Below are positions 18,816 to 29,283 of a stretch of 64,000 bases of DNA, piece by piece. This stretch comes from Leptospiraceae bacterium (GTDB taxonomy: Bacteria; Spirochaetota; Leptospiria; Leptospirales; Leptonemataceae), in the NCBI GenBank assembly GCA_040217195.1, contig JAVJNR010000005.1, positions 224,001 through 288,000 on the forward strand. Reading direction: 5' to 3'. Each line of letters opens with the position of its first letter. Position 1 is the stretch's first letter. The position numbers and the translations under genes are program-made. The notes beneath the pieces are model-generated. The model was not told the origin of the DNA, did no database searches, and worked only from the letters and a program-made list of their open reading frames with translations.

Positions 18816-19769
18816 ATGCGTTTCCGGATGGCAAGCCGGAATAAAACTTTGGAACAGCTCAGGGAAATCACATCGCTCTTGCAGCAGATATTTGGACTTA
18901 CAGAAGAAACTCAGGCCCGACTGTTTCTATCTCTGGCCGTAATTCTGGTAATCGAAACCATACGGCGGCTGGTCTTACGAGTAGCTCTCCGGAGAAGAAG
19001 TTCGCCGGAATATACCTATCGCTGGACCCGGGTTTCGCGCTACGTAGCCCTGGCGTTGACTTTTCTCATAGTGGGTCGCGTTTGGTTTCAGGGCTTCCAG
19101 GCCATCATTACCTATCTGGGCATTCTTTCGGCAGGGCTTGCCATTGCGTTGCAGGATGTACTAAAAAACTTCGCTGCCTGGTTATTCATAATCTGGCGTC
19201 GTCCGTTCCGGCTCGGTGATCGGGTACAGGTAGGAACGGAGATCGGCGATGTAATCGACCAGCGAATCTTTCAGTTTACACTCTTAGAAATAGGCAACTG
19301 GGTCCATGCGGAGCAGAGCACTGGCCGATTGATTCATGTGCCCAACGGACGAATATTTACGGAGTCCCTGCATAACTTCTATCAGGCATTCAAATATATC
19401 TGGAGTGAAATCGCCGTTCTGGTTACTTTCGAAAGCAACTGGCGAAAAGGAAAGAAGCTAATCCAGGAGGCTGGTGAAAGACACAGCACTCACATTACAG
19501 AAGCAGCTGAGCGTGATATCCGCAGCGCAGCGCAGAAATACATGATTTATTATAACCATCTAACTCCTATCGTCTACACATCCGTAGAAGATTCAGGCAT
19601 ATTATTGACGTTGCGTTATCTTTGTGAAGCACGAAAACGGCGCGGCACCGATCAGGCAATGTGGGAAGATATCCTTGATGGTTTTGCAGCCAGCGAAGAT
19701 CTGGACTTTGCCTACCCCACCACCCGGTTCTACAACAAGAATGAGGGAAAGACCGGCGACAACCCCTGA
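18816..19769 (+). CDS. Mechanosensitive channel, MscS family
   Basis: AGLAIALQDVLKNF, RPFRLGDRVQVG, IHVPNG, FAYPT. Confidence 0.92.
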   Translation: MRFRMASRNKTLEQLREITSLLQQIFGLTEETQARLFLSLAVILVIETIRRLVLRVALRRRSSPEYTYRWTRVSRYVALALTFLIVGRVWFQGFQAIITYLGILSAGLAIALQDVLKNFAAWLFIIWRRPFRLGDRVQVGTEIGDVIDQRIFQFTLLEIGNWVHAEQSTGRLIHVPNGRIFTESLHNFYQAFKYIWSEIAVLVTFESNWRKGKKLIQEAGERHSTHITEAAERDIRSAAQKYMIYYNHLTPIVYTSVEDSGILLTLRYLCEARKRRGTDQAMWEDILDGFAASEDLDFAYPTTRFYNKNEGKTGDNP

Positions 19770-19830
19770 TTACATCTTAGTCGAAGCCGATCAGAGGATG
19801 GCCCACCCAGCCCATCCGGAGCCCATACCA

Positions 19831-21822
19831 TTAATCCTGAACCACTGTTATCTTCTCTTGAGGAAACACTTTGCGAAGATCTTCCACCCGGTGATGTCCG
19901 GGACGCAGCATTTCCAGCTCATCGAAAAGCTGCCTTGCTTCCTGTCTTCTTCCCTGCTTCAGGAAAATCCGAATTATGTTGTAAAGAGCTTGCGGGTTGT
20001 CTTTTCGAATATTAAGGGATCGATTGAAGTTTTCCAGAGCCAGAGGATGATTGCCCAGGCCATAGTAGCAAAAACCTGTAATGATATAAGCATCTGCATT
20101 GTAAGGCTTGAGTTGAATGTATTCATCTAAATATTCGAGCGCTTCGCCGTAGGCACCTTTTTTTCCCAGGGCTCGGCCCAGCAGAAACAGTGTATGCGTA
20201 TGCCTGGGAAAAATTGCATTGGCCTGTTTTAGCAGAGTGGTGGCTTTTTCCAGATTTCCTTCATGGAAGGCTTTATGACCGTCTCTTACATAGCGATCAA
20301 ACTGATCCTGATACTCACTTACCATCAGAGTAATAAAGGTAAGATCATCATTTGGCTCGGTTCCCAGCGTAAACTGTCGATACGCCTCCATTAAATACTC
20401 AGAGCTTTGCTGAACGTTTCTGTTTCTAGTTTCTCGAATGGCACGGACCAGGCGTTCTTCGCCAAACATTTCATCATGCGGATTAACGGCTTCGGTCAGA
20501 CCATCGCTGTATATGAATAACTTATCGCCTGGCTCCAGCTTAATCGTATAATCCTTGTAATGCTTTCCTGCATCGCTGAACATTCCAAGTAGAGTGCCAT
20601 GACCTTCCAGTTGCTCCACTGTATTCGTGCGAGCGCGATACAGCATGGGTGGAGGCACGGCAGCCGTGCTATATGTGAGGTTGTTGTTCTCATCCAAAAC
20701 CATCAAAAAGGCTGTTAGATACCCTTCTCCCTTCACCAGATCCAGAACGTCCAGGTTTACCTGACGAAATGTATCTGCCGGAGAATCGTATCGATGATTG
20801 GCAAAGGAAATCTTGGCAATAGCACTCATTAATGCAGCCGGAACTCCATGCCCGGACACATCACACATCAGCAACCCAAACTTGGATCCACCCACCGGAA
20901 AATAATCATAGAAATCGCCGGACACTTCCTGAAGCGGAAAGAATTTTACCCAGAACCTGACGCCTTTCCAGTCCGGAATTCTGGAAGGCACAAATCCTTT
21001 TTGAATATTTCGCGCCATTTCCAGCTGCCTGTGATTGGCTTCGATTTTCTTTTCCAGCTCATCGTTGGCAATATTCAAATACTCGATGGCCGTCATCAGC
21101 TCCCGGCTTTCCTGTAGAATGTCCTGGGACCTTTTTAATACCCGCGATACAAACTTTTCTGTGTTTTCCTCAATCTGGCTTTCTTCTTCATCCGGGAACG
21201 GATGCTGACTGTTGCCTGCACGAAAATCATAAACCGTAATTGGCTCATTCCATTGTATTCCGTCGGTTTTCTTCAGGTGAGGATCTGGTGCCGGCAGACT
21301 TGACTGGACCAATTCGATGCTGTATTCCCGCAGACGAAGAAAGCGGACCATACCTTCCACCAGTCCTTCTATGAATAGATTATCCACAGGATGGGGACTG
21401 TGCCCGGATCTATATTCAAGACACAGTTGAAAGTGCTCGGACTCATCGCTGCGGCCCAGAAAGGAGGACAGTGAAGTTAAAAAGTGAGCTATCAATGAAG
21501 GGATCTGATAGATTCCATCTTCAATGGAAGCAAATCTCAGCCTTGATGAAGAAAGAGAATAGAGATAAATAGAAACGCAGTCCCGGCCGGCTTCCCAGAT
21601 CAAATCCCAGGCATCCAGAGAATCGGCCAGGTGCACTAAAATGGCTCGTTCCTCTTCCGACCGAAGCCACAATCGATCATGGCGCTCATCCAGAACCTTT
21701 TTTAAATCCTCTGAGAGGTTTACTACCTGACGGTCCAGGGCTGGGCTGCCCCGATTCTCCAGGATTCGATCTATAAATAGGATGAGTCTGGCCGATCGAA
21801 CGTCCTGGTCCCGGATATTCAT
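19831..21822 (-). CDS. SpoIIE/RsbU-type PP2C phosphatase with N-terminal sensor region and C-terminal TPRs
   Basis: ARNIQKGFVP, VSGDFYDY, DVSGHGVPAA, YSDGLTEA, DDLT, followed by TPR helices. Confidence 0.92.
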   Translation of the reverse strand: MNIRDQDVRSARLILFIDRILENRGSPALDRQVVNLSEDLKKVLDERHDRLWLRSEEERAILVHLADSLDAWDLIWEAGRDCVSIYLYSLSSSRLRFASIEDGIYQIPSLIAHFLTSLSSFLGRSDESEHFQLCLEYRSGHSPHPVDNLFIEGLVEGMVRFLRLREYSIELVQSSLPAPDPHLKKTDGIQWNEPITVYDFRAGNSQHPFPDEEESQIEENTEKFVSRVLKRSQDILQESRELMTAIEYLNIANDELEKKIEANHRQLEMARNIQKGFVPSRIPDWKGVRFWVKFFPLQEVSGDFYDYFPVGGSKFGLLMCDVSGHGVPAALMSAIAKISFANHRYDSPADTFRQVNLDVLDLVKGEGYLTAFLMVLDENNNLTYSTAAVPPPMLYRARTNTVEQLEGHGTLLGMFSDAGKHYKDYTIKLEPGDKLFIYSDGLTEAVNPHDEMFGEERLVRAIRETRNRNVQQSSEYLMEAYRQFTLGTEPNDDLTFITLMVSEYQDQFDRYVRDGHKAFHEGNLEKATTLLKQANAIFPRHTHTLFLLGRALGKKGAYGEALEYLDEYIQLKPYNADAYIITGFCYYGLGNHPLALENFNRSLNIRKDNPQALYNIIRIFLKQGRRQEARQLFDELEMLRPGHHRVEDLRKVFPQEKITVVQD

Positions 21823-22021
21823 GGCTCATTCTTAATTCACGGCTCTGACCTTGCCAGAATAAATTAAGATGCCAGGGGTAAGGATTAACAGGTAAAGTCC
21901 CAATTTTCATCCAATTGACATTAGACAATCCAGGGCCGCTGAAACAATGGGTTCCGACAATCCGATAATCGGGTTTGCATTCGGACTTGGCTGCAGGGCC
22001 TGGAACCTTTACATTGAGACA

Positions 22022-22741
22022 ATGACAACCCTGGAAAGAGAAAAAGTTGTACTTGTGACCGGGGCTACCCGGGGCATCGGTCATGCAATCGCGGAGAACC
22101 TGGCCGGTTCCTATCCGCTCATTATTACGGGACGATCTGCAGATAACCTGAATGCATTGAAAAAGAAATTAAACGATGCAGGCGGCAAAGTGGAAGCCCT
22201 GCCGGCGGATTTAACCTCCCCGGAGGATAGAAAATCCCTTGTAGAAGGTGCCATTCGCTTGATGGGCCGAATCGATTGCCTGATTAACAATGCTGGCATG
22301 GGAATCTTTGGTCGGGCCGATGAGATCAAGGAAGAGGATTTTAGATATGTAATGGAACTGAATCTTCTGGCCCCTTACCTTTTGACCCAGGCAGTGTTAC
22401 CCGACATGGTAGCGCGAAAGAGTGGACAGATTATTAACATTAGCTCCGTTGCAGGTTTGAATGGCTTCAAAGGTGGAGGTGCATATGCAGCTTCCAAATT
22501 TGCATTGAATGGATTCACAGAATCTTTGCGTGAAGATGTTAAAGAGTTCGGTATTGCAGTAACAGCCGTCTGCCCGGGCGGAGTACGCACGGAGTTTGGC
22601 GGCAATCCGGCATCGGTCAGGGATTTTGTCCTGGAACCGGAAGATGTAGCCCATACCATTCGCTACCTTGTGGATGAGTCTGAAACAGCAAACACAAAGC
22701 TCATCGAATTAAAGCCTCGCCGACGAACCGAGTACAGGTAA
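22022..22741 (+). CDS. Short-chain dehydrogenase/reductase
   Basis: TGATRGIG, NNAG, YAASK. Start taken at MTTLER. Confidence 0.92.
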   Translation: MTTLEREKVVLVTGATRGIGHAIAENLAGSYPLIITGRSADNLNALKKKLNDAGGKVEALPADLTSPEDRKSLVEGAIRLMGRIDCLINNAGMGIFGRADEIKEEDFRYVMELNLLAPYLLTQAVLPDMVARKSGQIINISSVAGLNGFKGGGAYAASKFALNGFTESLREDVKEFGIAVTAVCPGGVRTEFGGNPASVRDFVLEPEDVAHTIRYLVDESETANTKLIELKPRRRTEYR

Positions 22742-22794
22742 TCGCATATGAAAAAAACCTTGTATATGAATCCGTACCTGCGCTGCTTTGCCCC

Positions 22795-23586
22795 ATGAAT
22801 TTGAACGGCAAAACAGCGTGGATTACCGGGGCTTCTTCCGGCATAGGTGAAGCTACGGCACGGGCTCTGTTCCAGGCCGGAGCCAGTGTAATTCTATCCG
22901 CCCGATCTGCGAACAAACTGGAATCCCTGCAGAAGGAGCTGGATCCAGAGCGAAAGCGGAGTCTGGTGGTGCCTCTGGATCTTGCCGATTACAATAATCT
23001 CGACTCTGCGGTGTCCACTGTCCAGAAACAGTACGGCAAGGTAGACTACCTGGTTAATAATGGCGGTATCTCCCAGCGGTCCCTGGCAAGAGATGCCAGC
23101 CTATCCAGTGTTGAACAGATTTTTAAAGTCAACGCTCTGGGAACGATAGCACTGACTACTGCAGCATTTTCCATGATCCAGCCATCCGGTCGTATCATCA
23201 CAGTTACTTCAGTTACAGGTCGATTTGGCACTCCGTTAAGATCCAGTTATTCGGCCACCAAGCATGCATTGCATGGTTATTTCGATTCCATGCGAGCCGA
23301 ACAAAAAGCCACCGGACCCGGCGTATCCTTGATTGTTCCTGGATTTGTGAATACCAGCGTTTCCATCAATGCATTAACATCGGATGGAAGTGCTCAGGGA
23401 ACCATGGATCCATCTACGGGTTCCGGACTGCCTCCCGAGGCTGTAGCCAGGGCCATCCTGAAGGCTATTCGAAAAGGAAAGGATGAAATTGTAATCGCCG
23501 GTGGAAAGGAACGATTTGGATTAATGCTCAAGCGTTTTGCGCCTGGACTTTTAAATAGGATCCTGGCCAAATCCGCGGTCACCTGA
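22795..23586 (+). CDS. Short-chain dehydrogenase/reductase (DHRS7-like)
   Basis: TGASSGIG, NNGGISQRS, YSATKHAL. Confidence 0.92.
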   Translation: MNLNGKTAWITGASSGIGEATARALFQAGASVILSARSANKLESLQKELDPERKRSLVVPLDLADYNNLDSAVSTVQKQYGKVDYLVNNGGISQRSLARDASLSSVEQIFKVNALGTIALTTAAFSMIQPSGRIITVTSVTGRFGTPLRSSYSATKHALHGYFDSMRAEQKATGPGVSLIVPGFVNTSVSINALTSDGSAQGTMDPSTGSGLPPEAVARAILKAIRKGKDEIVIAGGKERFGLMLKRFAPGLLNRILAKSAVT

Positions 23587-23632
23587 AACAGTATATGGTT
23601 GCCCCGGCCGGCCAGCCCTTAATCCTGTCCCG

Positions 23633-24781
23633 ATGGTCATAGGAATAGATGCTCGGGCCCTTGCATTTCCCGGCACCGGCAATGCTCGTTACCTTCATCA
23701 AGTTCTTCGATATCTGATTCCCATGCGAAAGAAGGATACATTTGTATTCTTCAGCCACAGAGACATTCATCCTGAATATTCCCATTTGCTGGACTACGGG
23801 AATACCCGTCTGGATCCCAATCGATCCAGGCTTCCAGGTCTGCTCTGGATGCAATTCAAGGTTCCATCATTGATACAGACCCATTCTGTAGATGTTTTCT
23901 GGGGTACAATTACTCTACTTCCTTTAAAAAAGACCTGCACCCAAATTGTGAACTTCCACGATCTGAACTCCTTTGTTGCCAGAGATACTATGGAAGGCTG
24001 GACCGGTCTACAGCACAGGCTGCTCAATCCAATGGTGATTCGCCAGGCAGATCAGGTGCTGTGCCTTTCCCGAACCACTCGCGAACATATAAGACGATAT
24101 GTTCCTTCGGTGGACCCAAAGTCCCTGACTGTAGTCTATCCAGGATTTGAAATGCCCGACGTCAAAGCCAGGCGACCGGAAAGCTATCAGTCCAGATGGA
24201 AAGATTTCTTTCTGATGGTTGGAACCATCGAACCAAGAAAGAACCAGAAAGTTGTGGTGGATGCCTATCGTCATGCCCGAGCCAAGCAGCAGGCAAGTCT
24301 GACTGGAAGCCAGCGCGGGAAGAAGGCAAACCAACTGCCTCCTCTTCTTATCGTTGGTCGCAAAGGCTGGAAAAATGAAGAGTTTTACTCATTGCTCAAG
24401 TCGGGCCAGTTGGAGCAGGAAGGTATTTATTTTCTGGAAGGTGCCAGCGAAGAAGAACTGGCCTGGTGTTATAAAAATTCATCCTATCTACTTTTCCCCA
24501 GCAAGCATGAAGGATTTGGGCTTCCAATTCTGGAAGCTTTCGCCTATGGGAAAAACTGTTTGCTTTCCGACATTGAGGTATTTCGAGAGATCGGACAGGG
24601 CTGCCGATTCGCACCACCTACGGACTACCTGGAGTGGGCCCGTCAAATTCTAGAAATAGCGGATGCAAGGGTTCGACAAAGAGAAAAGCCCCGTAAACTA
24701 AATATGAAGGATTGGTCCTGGAAACGAGCCGCAAAACAGGTATCCGATGCCCTGGATACAACTTCTGATGTAAAGAATTGA
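23633..24781 (+). CDS. GT4 (GT-B) glycosyltransferase
   Basis: IGIDAR...TG..RY, HDL, VGTIEPRKN, PSKHEGFGLPILEA. Confidence 0.92.
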   Translation: MVIGIDARALAFPGTGNARYLHQVLRYLIPMRKKDTFVFFSHRDIHPEYSHLLDYGNTRLDPNRSRLPGLLWMQFKVPSLIQTHSVDVFWGTITLLPLKKTCTQIVNFHDLNSFVARDTMEGWTGLQHRLLNPMVIRQADQVLCLSRTTREHIRRYVPSVDPKSLTVVYPGFEMPDVKARRPESYQSRWKDFFLMVGTIEPRKNQKVVVDAYRHARAKQQASLTGSQRGKKANQLPPLLIVGRKGWKNEEFYSLLKSGQLEQEGIYFLEGASEEELAWCYKNSSYLLFPSKHEGFGLPILEAFAYGKNCLLSDIEVFREIGQGCRFAPPTDYLEWARQILEIADARVRQREKPRKLNMKDWSWKRAAKQVSDALDTTSDVKN

Positions 24782-24811
24782 CCGGCCCCGGACCGAACTT
24801 ACATTGCTTGG

Positions 24812-26668
24812 ATGGGCCGATTTTTTCCTTTCCAGGCAATTCTATTTCTGAGCTTATTCTCCTACCTACCGCTACAGGCCGAGTCTCCAAATCCGGCTAC
24901 CGTGGAACCACCTGGATCGTCTGGCGAAGAAATTACTGCCCCCGCTGAAACCCCGGCTCGGGAAAGCGTTGAGCCGACAGCTCCTGCAAGGGAACCGGCG
25001 CCCGCGGTAAACCCGGCCAGACCGGCTCAACCGACGCAGGAGGCATCCGAGGAGACGTCCAATGAAAACCAGACGCCAACCGCTGAATCGATAAGAGGAC
25101 CTGAAGCGCTGCTGGCCTACGTAAAAAGCGAAGACTTTCGCAGGGTTATGGAGGCTATTGGCTGGTCTGTTCTGCTGGTACTTACACTTCTGATTTCAAT
25201 CTGGCTGATCACTTATATTTTTCAGATGATTTACAGTCGATTGGAAGGACTGGCCGGCCGCCTGGCCACGGGAATTCGATTTCGTAATTCCGAAATAGTG
25301 CAAGCAAGTACGGTACAGGGCGTTCTTCGCGGCATATTGCGGCTTATACATCTTGTTCTTAATATATTTCTGATCATTCTGGTAGCGGACTTCATTATCG
25401 GTCTATTTCCCGGAGCGGAAAACTCCGCAACGGCCAGCCTGATTCGCAGCATTATTCGCGCATCGATCGCCACCATGGTCTTTGTGACCATCTTTCGTGC
25501 CGTCCGTCACGGATTTGACTTTCTGGAGCGATCCCTTCCGGTGTTGCAGTCTCGATTTATTCCCAATCTGGAATTTCAAAATACGGTTCTGCTTTCCAGA
25601 GACCGTATCATGGGAGCGCTGCAAATTGCAGTTCAGATCATTAAGGTTCTGACTCTGGTTGTTGTTTCCTATTTCTACCTGGCCAGTGTATTCGGACTTT
25701 TTGATGCCACAAGCAATTGGGCCTCTTTGCTCCTTGGATATGTGAAAGTACCCTTGATCGCCTCCGGCCTGGCCGTGGCACAGTATCTGCCCAATCTGTT
25801 CTTTATCATCCTTGTGATACTAATAACCCGCTACTCGGTGAAGATAGCCGGATTTCTATTTCGGGAAGTAGAGAAAGAAACGATCAAGATAAATGGCTTC
25901 TATCCAGACTGGGCCCGGCCCACGCATAAGATCTTAACTGTGGTCTTGATAGCTTTCGCTGCCATAGTAGCCTTTCCTTACCTGCCCGGAGCGAACTCAG
26001 ATGCATTCAAAGGAATCTCCATTTTTCTTGGATTCATGGTTTCTCTGGGTTCCAGCGCCATAATTGCCAATATTATGGCTGGAATCATCATAACCTATAT
26101 GCGTCCCTTTCGTGTAGGCGACCGGGTAAAGATTGGAGAAACGGAAGGAGATATAACTGAAAAAACCCTTCTGGTCACTAGAATTCGCACAGTTAAAAAC
26201 GTAGAGATCACAATCCCCAACGGTGCGGTTCTGGCCAGCCACATTGTAAATTACAGCAGCACAATTGAAAGAAAGGATACAGATGGATTAATACTCCACT
26301 CCACTGTTACCATAGGTTACGATGTTCCCTACCAGAAGGTTCAGGATTTATTGATTCGGGCAGCTGGCTCTGTTCCGGGAGTCAAAGAAAGCCCTGCCCC
26401 TTTTGTACTTCAGACGTCTCTGGATGATTATTATATTAGCTACCAGGTAAATTGCTACACCGATGAGCCGCATCAAATGGCTCGAATCTATTCCAGTTTG
26501 CATCAGAGTATTCTTGAAGAATTTGGAAAATCTGGCGTGGAAATCATGTCTCCTCATTATTACGCTTTGAGAGACGGAAATGAAGTGACCATTCCGCCGG
26601 ACCAACGACCACCAACTTACCGACCACCATCGTTTCGCATTGATACAAATAAGGAGGATCCTTCCTGA
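24812..26668 (+). CDS. Large MscS-family channel with signal peptide and Pro/Ala/Glu-rich N-terminal linker
   Basis: IANIMAGIIITYMRPFRVGDRVKIG, ITIPNG, VTIGYDVP, GVEIMSPHY. Confidence 0.9.
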   Translation: MGRFFPFQAILFLSLFSYLPLQAESPNPATVEPPGSSGEEITAPAETPARESVEPTAPAREPAPAVNPARPAQPTQEASEETSNENQTPTAESIRGPEALLAYVKSEDFRRVMEAIGWSVLLVLTLLISIWLITYIFQMIYSRLEGLAGRLATGIRFRNSEIVQASTVQGVLRGILRLIHLVLNIFLIILVADFIIGLFPGAENSATASLIRSIIRASIATMVFVTIFRAVRHGFDFLERSLPVLQSRFIPNLEFQNTVLLSRDRIMGALQIAVQIIKVLTLVVVSYFYLASVFGLFDATSNWASLLLGYVKVPLIASGLAVAQYLPNLFFIILVILITRYSVKIAGFLFREVEKETIKINGFYPDWARPTHKILTVVLIAFAAIVAFPYLPGANSDAFKGISIFLGFMVSLGSSAIIANIMAGIIITYMRPFRVGDRVKIGETEGDITEKTLLVTRIRTVKNVEITIPNGAVLASHIVNYSSTIERKDTDGLILHSTVTIGYDVPYQKVQDLLIRAAGSVPGVKESPAPFVLQTSLDDYYISYQVNCYTDEPHQMARIYSSLHQSILEEFGKSGVEIMSPHYYALRDGNEVTIPPDQRPPTYRPPSFRIDTNKEDPS

Positions 26669-28083
26669 TGAGGGTTGCAGTAACCGGCGCCACCGGGTTT
26701 GTAGGTAGATCATTCATTCAGCAGTTCGGAAAGGAGTTTTCTCTTCGCGGCCTGGGACGCTCCGGCACGCCTCCAGCCTGGCTGCCAGAAGGTACTCAGT
26801 GGAAATCTGCAGATCTGTATTCGCTTCTGGATGCGGAGCAGGCTTTGAAGAATTGCGATGTTGCCATCTATCTAATCCATTCCATGGTACCTTCGGCTCG
26901 CCTGAACCAGGGTTCCTTTGAGGACACAGATCTCATCCTTGCGGATAATTTCGCCAGGGCCGCCAGAAAAGCAGGGGTTAAGAGAATAATTTATCTGGGC
27001 GGAATCATGCCAGATATTGCAGAGGAAGAGCTGAGCGTTCATCTAAGGAGTCGAAAGGAGGTGGAAACCGTTCTTGGGTCTACGGGAATTCCTGTAATCG
27101 CCATTCGAGCCGCCCTGGTGCTGGGACCGGGAGGATCCTCCTTTGAAATGATGCGAAAGCTGGTTCAGCGTCTTCCAGTGATGGTATGCCCTTCCTGGAC
27201 CAGCAGTCTTTCAAACCCTGTATATGTTCAGGACCTGTTAAACCTGATCCATGCATTGGTGAATGAACCAGGAAAGAAAAGTGCAACGATTAATGCTCCG
27301 GGCCCGGATCGTCTGAGCTACATTGATCTGATGGGAAAAACGGCAAAGGCCCTGGGAAAGAAACGATACTTTTTGCCAGTTTCCTTTTACTCTCCCCGAC
27401 TTTCTTTGCTCTGGATTGAATTGATTACTGGAAGTTCAAGCGAACTTGTATCTCCACTTGTGGAAAGCCTGAAACACGATATGGTAGCTGATGCTCCAGC
27501 AAAATATAAGAGGTTACTTCGCACTCGAATCGATGAGGCTTTAATGAAGTCCAGTGCTGCCTCAACTGAATCCTCCAGTAAGCCGGGTGGACCCGCCAGG
27601 ACTGCCACTTTAGTTCCAGCACGAAAAATCAAAAATGCCAGCAGAAATGAAAGCCTTGTTCGCTCAGTTCAGAGATTGCCGCTACCTGACCAAAAAAATG
27701 CCATCTATCTGGCAGAACTGTATCCCATCTGGTTGCAGAGTAAATTAAGACCTTTTTTGAAAATCAAGAGAAACCCGGATTCTGGTGTAGTTGGATTCTA
27801 TGTTCTGGGATTGAAGCTTCTGGAGTTAACGCTTAGCCAGGAGCGGTCAGACCCCACCAGACAACTGTACTATGTTACCGGCGGATTGCTGGCGGCCAGT
27901 AACTCCAGAGGAAGACTGGAATTCAGAACCATTCCCAGCCTGAATTGTGCCTTAAGTGCCGTGCATTCGTTTCAACCAGCCCTGCCCTGGTACATTTATA
28001 AATTTACCCAGGCCCCCGTGCACCTCTGGGTTATGAATGCATTTGCCCGTTTCCTGGCAACTTACAGCAATCCCGTTCCATGA
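26668..28083 (+). CDS. Atypical SDR/NAD(P)-binding epimerase with extra C-terminal domain
   Basis: TGATGFVG, YLIHSM, IIYLGG, HLRSRKEVE; TGATG overlap with the upstream gene. Confidence 0.85.
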   Translation: MRVAVTGATGFVGRSFIQQFGKEFSLRGLGRSGTPPAWLPEGTQWKSADLYSLLDAEQALKNCDVAIYLIHSMVPSARLNQGSFEDTDLILADNFARAARKAGVKRIIYLGGIMPDIAEEELSVHLRSRKEVETVLGSTGIPVIAIRAALVLGPGGSSFEMMRKLVQRLPVMVCPSWTSSLSNPVYVQDLLNLIHALVNEPGKKSATINAPGPDRLSYIDLMGKTAKALGKKRYFLPVSFYSPRLSLLWIELITGSSSELVSPLVESLKHDMVADAPAKYKRLLRTRIDEALMKSSAASTESSSKPGGPARTATLVPARKIKNASRNESLVRSVQRLPLPDQKNAIYLAELYPIWLQSKLRPFLKIKRNPDSGVVGFYVLGLKLLELTLSQERSDPTRQLYYVTGGLLAASNSRGRLEFRTIPSLNCALSAVHSFQPALPWYIYKFTQAPVHLWVMNAFARFLATYSNPVP

Positions 28084-28195
28084 TTTTCAATCCAAAAAGC
28101 GCGGCACAATCCACCAGGCAGAAACGGCCAAGCAGACTTGAATCATCGATACCTGCCAACTGTTTCCCGGCGCGCCCCAGAGGGCTCTATGGAGC

Positions 28196-28999
28196 TCAGC
28201 CGTCCGGATAGGCTTCGTAGGTACGGGCCAGTTGGACGGAAATGTAAGCGCTGGCCGCACATTGGTTGCTGTCGCCTACCTGGATGAGCTTTACTCCGTA
28301 TTCCCTATCCCCCTTCTCTAACTCGAATCCGCTATATTCGCAGCGAATCCTGTAGTTTCGAGCAGGTTGCCCGCGATTAGCACCTTCTGCATGGAACTCT
28401 TTCAAAGTCCAGGTAGTGATCAACAAATCCCCGCGCTTTTCCACTACGTGTACGTCAGTGGCATTGGTAGTCAGGTAGCCGCTATCGCTGGCTTTCCATG
28501 AATGCACTTTTTTGCCTTCAATGAACCTGTGGTCTCTGTAGGGCTCGCTTACAATGAACTCCAGATGCATGATTCGATCCTGCCAGGGAATGGATGGATC
28601 CTCCAGACGATCAACAACCTGCCGAAAGGCATTATCGCAATCTCCCAGGAATTGGCCATACATGTATCCTTGAAATGGACTGGAAGCCGCTCCATGATGA
28701 ACTCCTTTCAGCAGATACCAGGGTTTGTTGAACTCTCCAATGCGAACGGGCTTTCCCACAACCTCCCAGTCATCAAAAGCATCCAGCCAGTAGTAGCTTC
28801 CCAGCACTCTGGAGTTCAATGAGGGGCCACTTCGCATTCTTACACCGTTGCCTGTGACACAGATACGCCTGGTCTTCCTTTCCATTTGTTCAGAAACATC
28901 CGAACCTGCATCATCGTCTGATGGGGACTTCTGTCCCGAAGAGCAATGGGCCGATAGCAATAAAACTACAGATAGCAGAATGAACCGACGAAAAACCAT
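28196..28999 (-). CDS. Lipoprotein with bacterial SH3-like domain
   Basis: Lipobox SAHC; VTGNGVRMRSGPSLNS...WY...GYMYGQFL. Confidence 0.75.
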   Translation of the reverse strand: MVFRRFILLSVVLLLSAHCSSGQKSPSDDDAGSDVSEQMERKTRRICVTGNGVRMRSGPSLNSRVLGSYYWLDAFDDWEVVGKPVRIGEFNKPWYLLKGVHHGAASSPFQGYMYGQFLGDCDNAFRQVVDRLEDPSIPWQDRIMHLEFIVSEPYRDHRFIEGKKVHSWKASDSGYLTTNATDVHVVEKRGDLLITTWTLKEFHAEGANRGQPARNYRIRCEYSGFELEKGDREYGVKLIQVGDSNQCAASAYISVQLARTYEAYPDG

Positions 29000-29129
29000 G
29001 CCAGGGATTCTGGCCGAGGTTAGAGTTGGGTCAAGGTAAAAAGGCCGGAATTCCGTGCTAAATCAGTGATCCGCAGGATTGAATTGCTGGAATTTGCAGA
29101 ATGATATAGTTCATGGGTCTTGAAAGATG

Positions 29130-29153
29130 AAAAAAAAGGCCCCTTCCGGGGCC
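29130..29153 (-). terminator. Intrinsic terminator downstream of the CitE-like gene
   Basis: A8-GGCCCC-TTCC-GGGGCC; U-tract on the minus strand. Confidence 0.75.
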
Positions 29154-29283
29154 CGCCTGCGAATCAAAAACTCGCAGAGTTAGAATTTGTTCGTTGTGTC
29201 GGATTCGCAGTTTTCTGCCTGGCATACCTGCGCGATTGACTCGGCGAATATTACAGGAAAATCCCCGGAATCCTGATCCAGCC

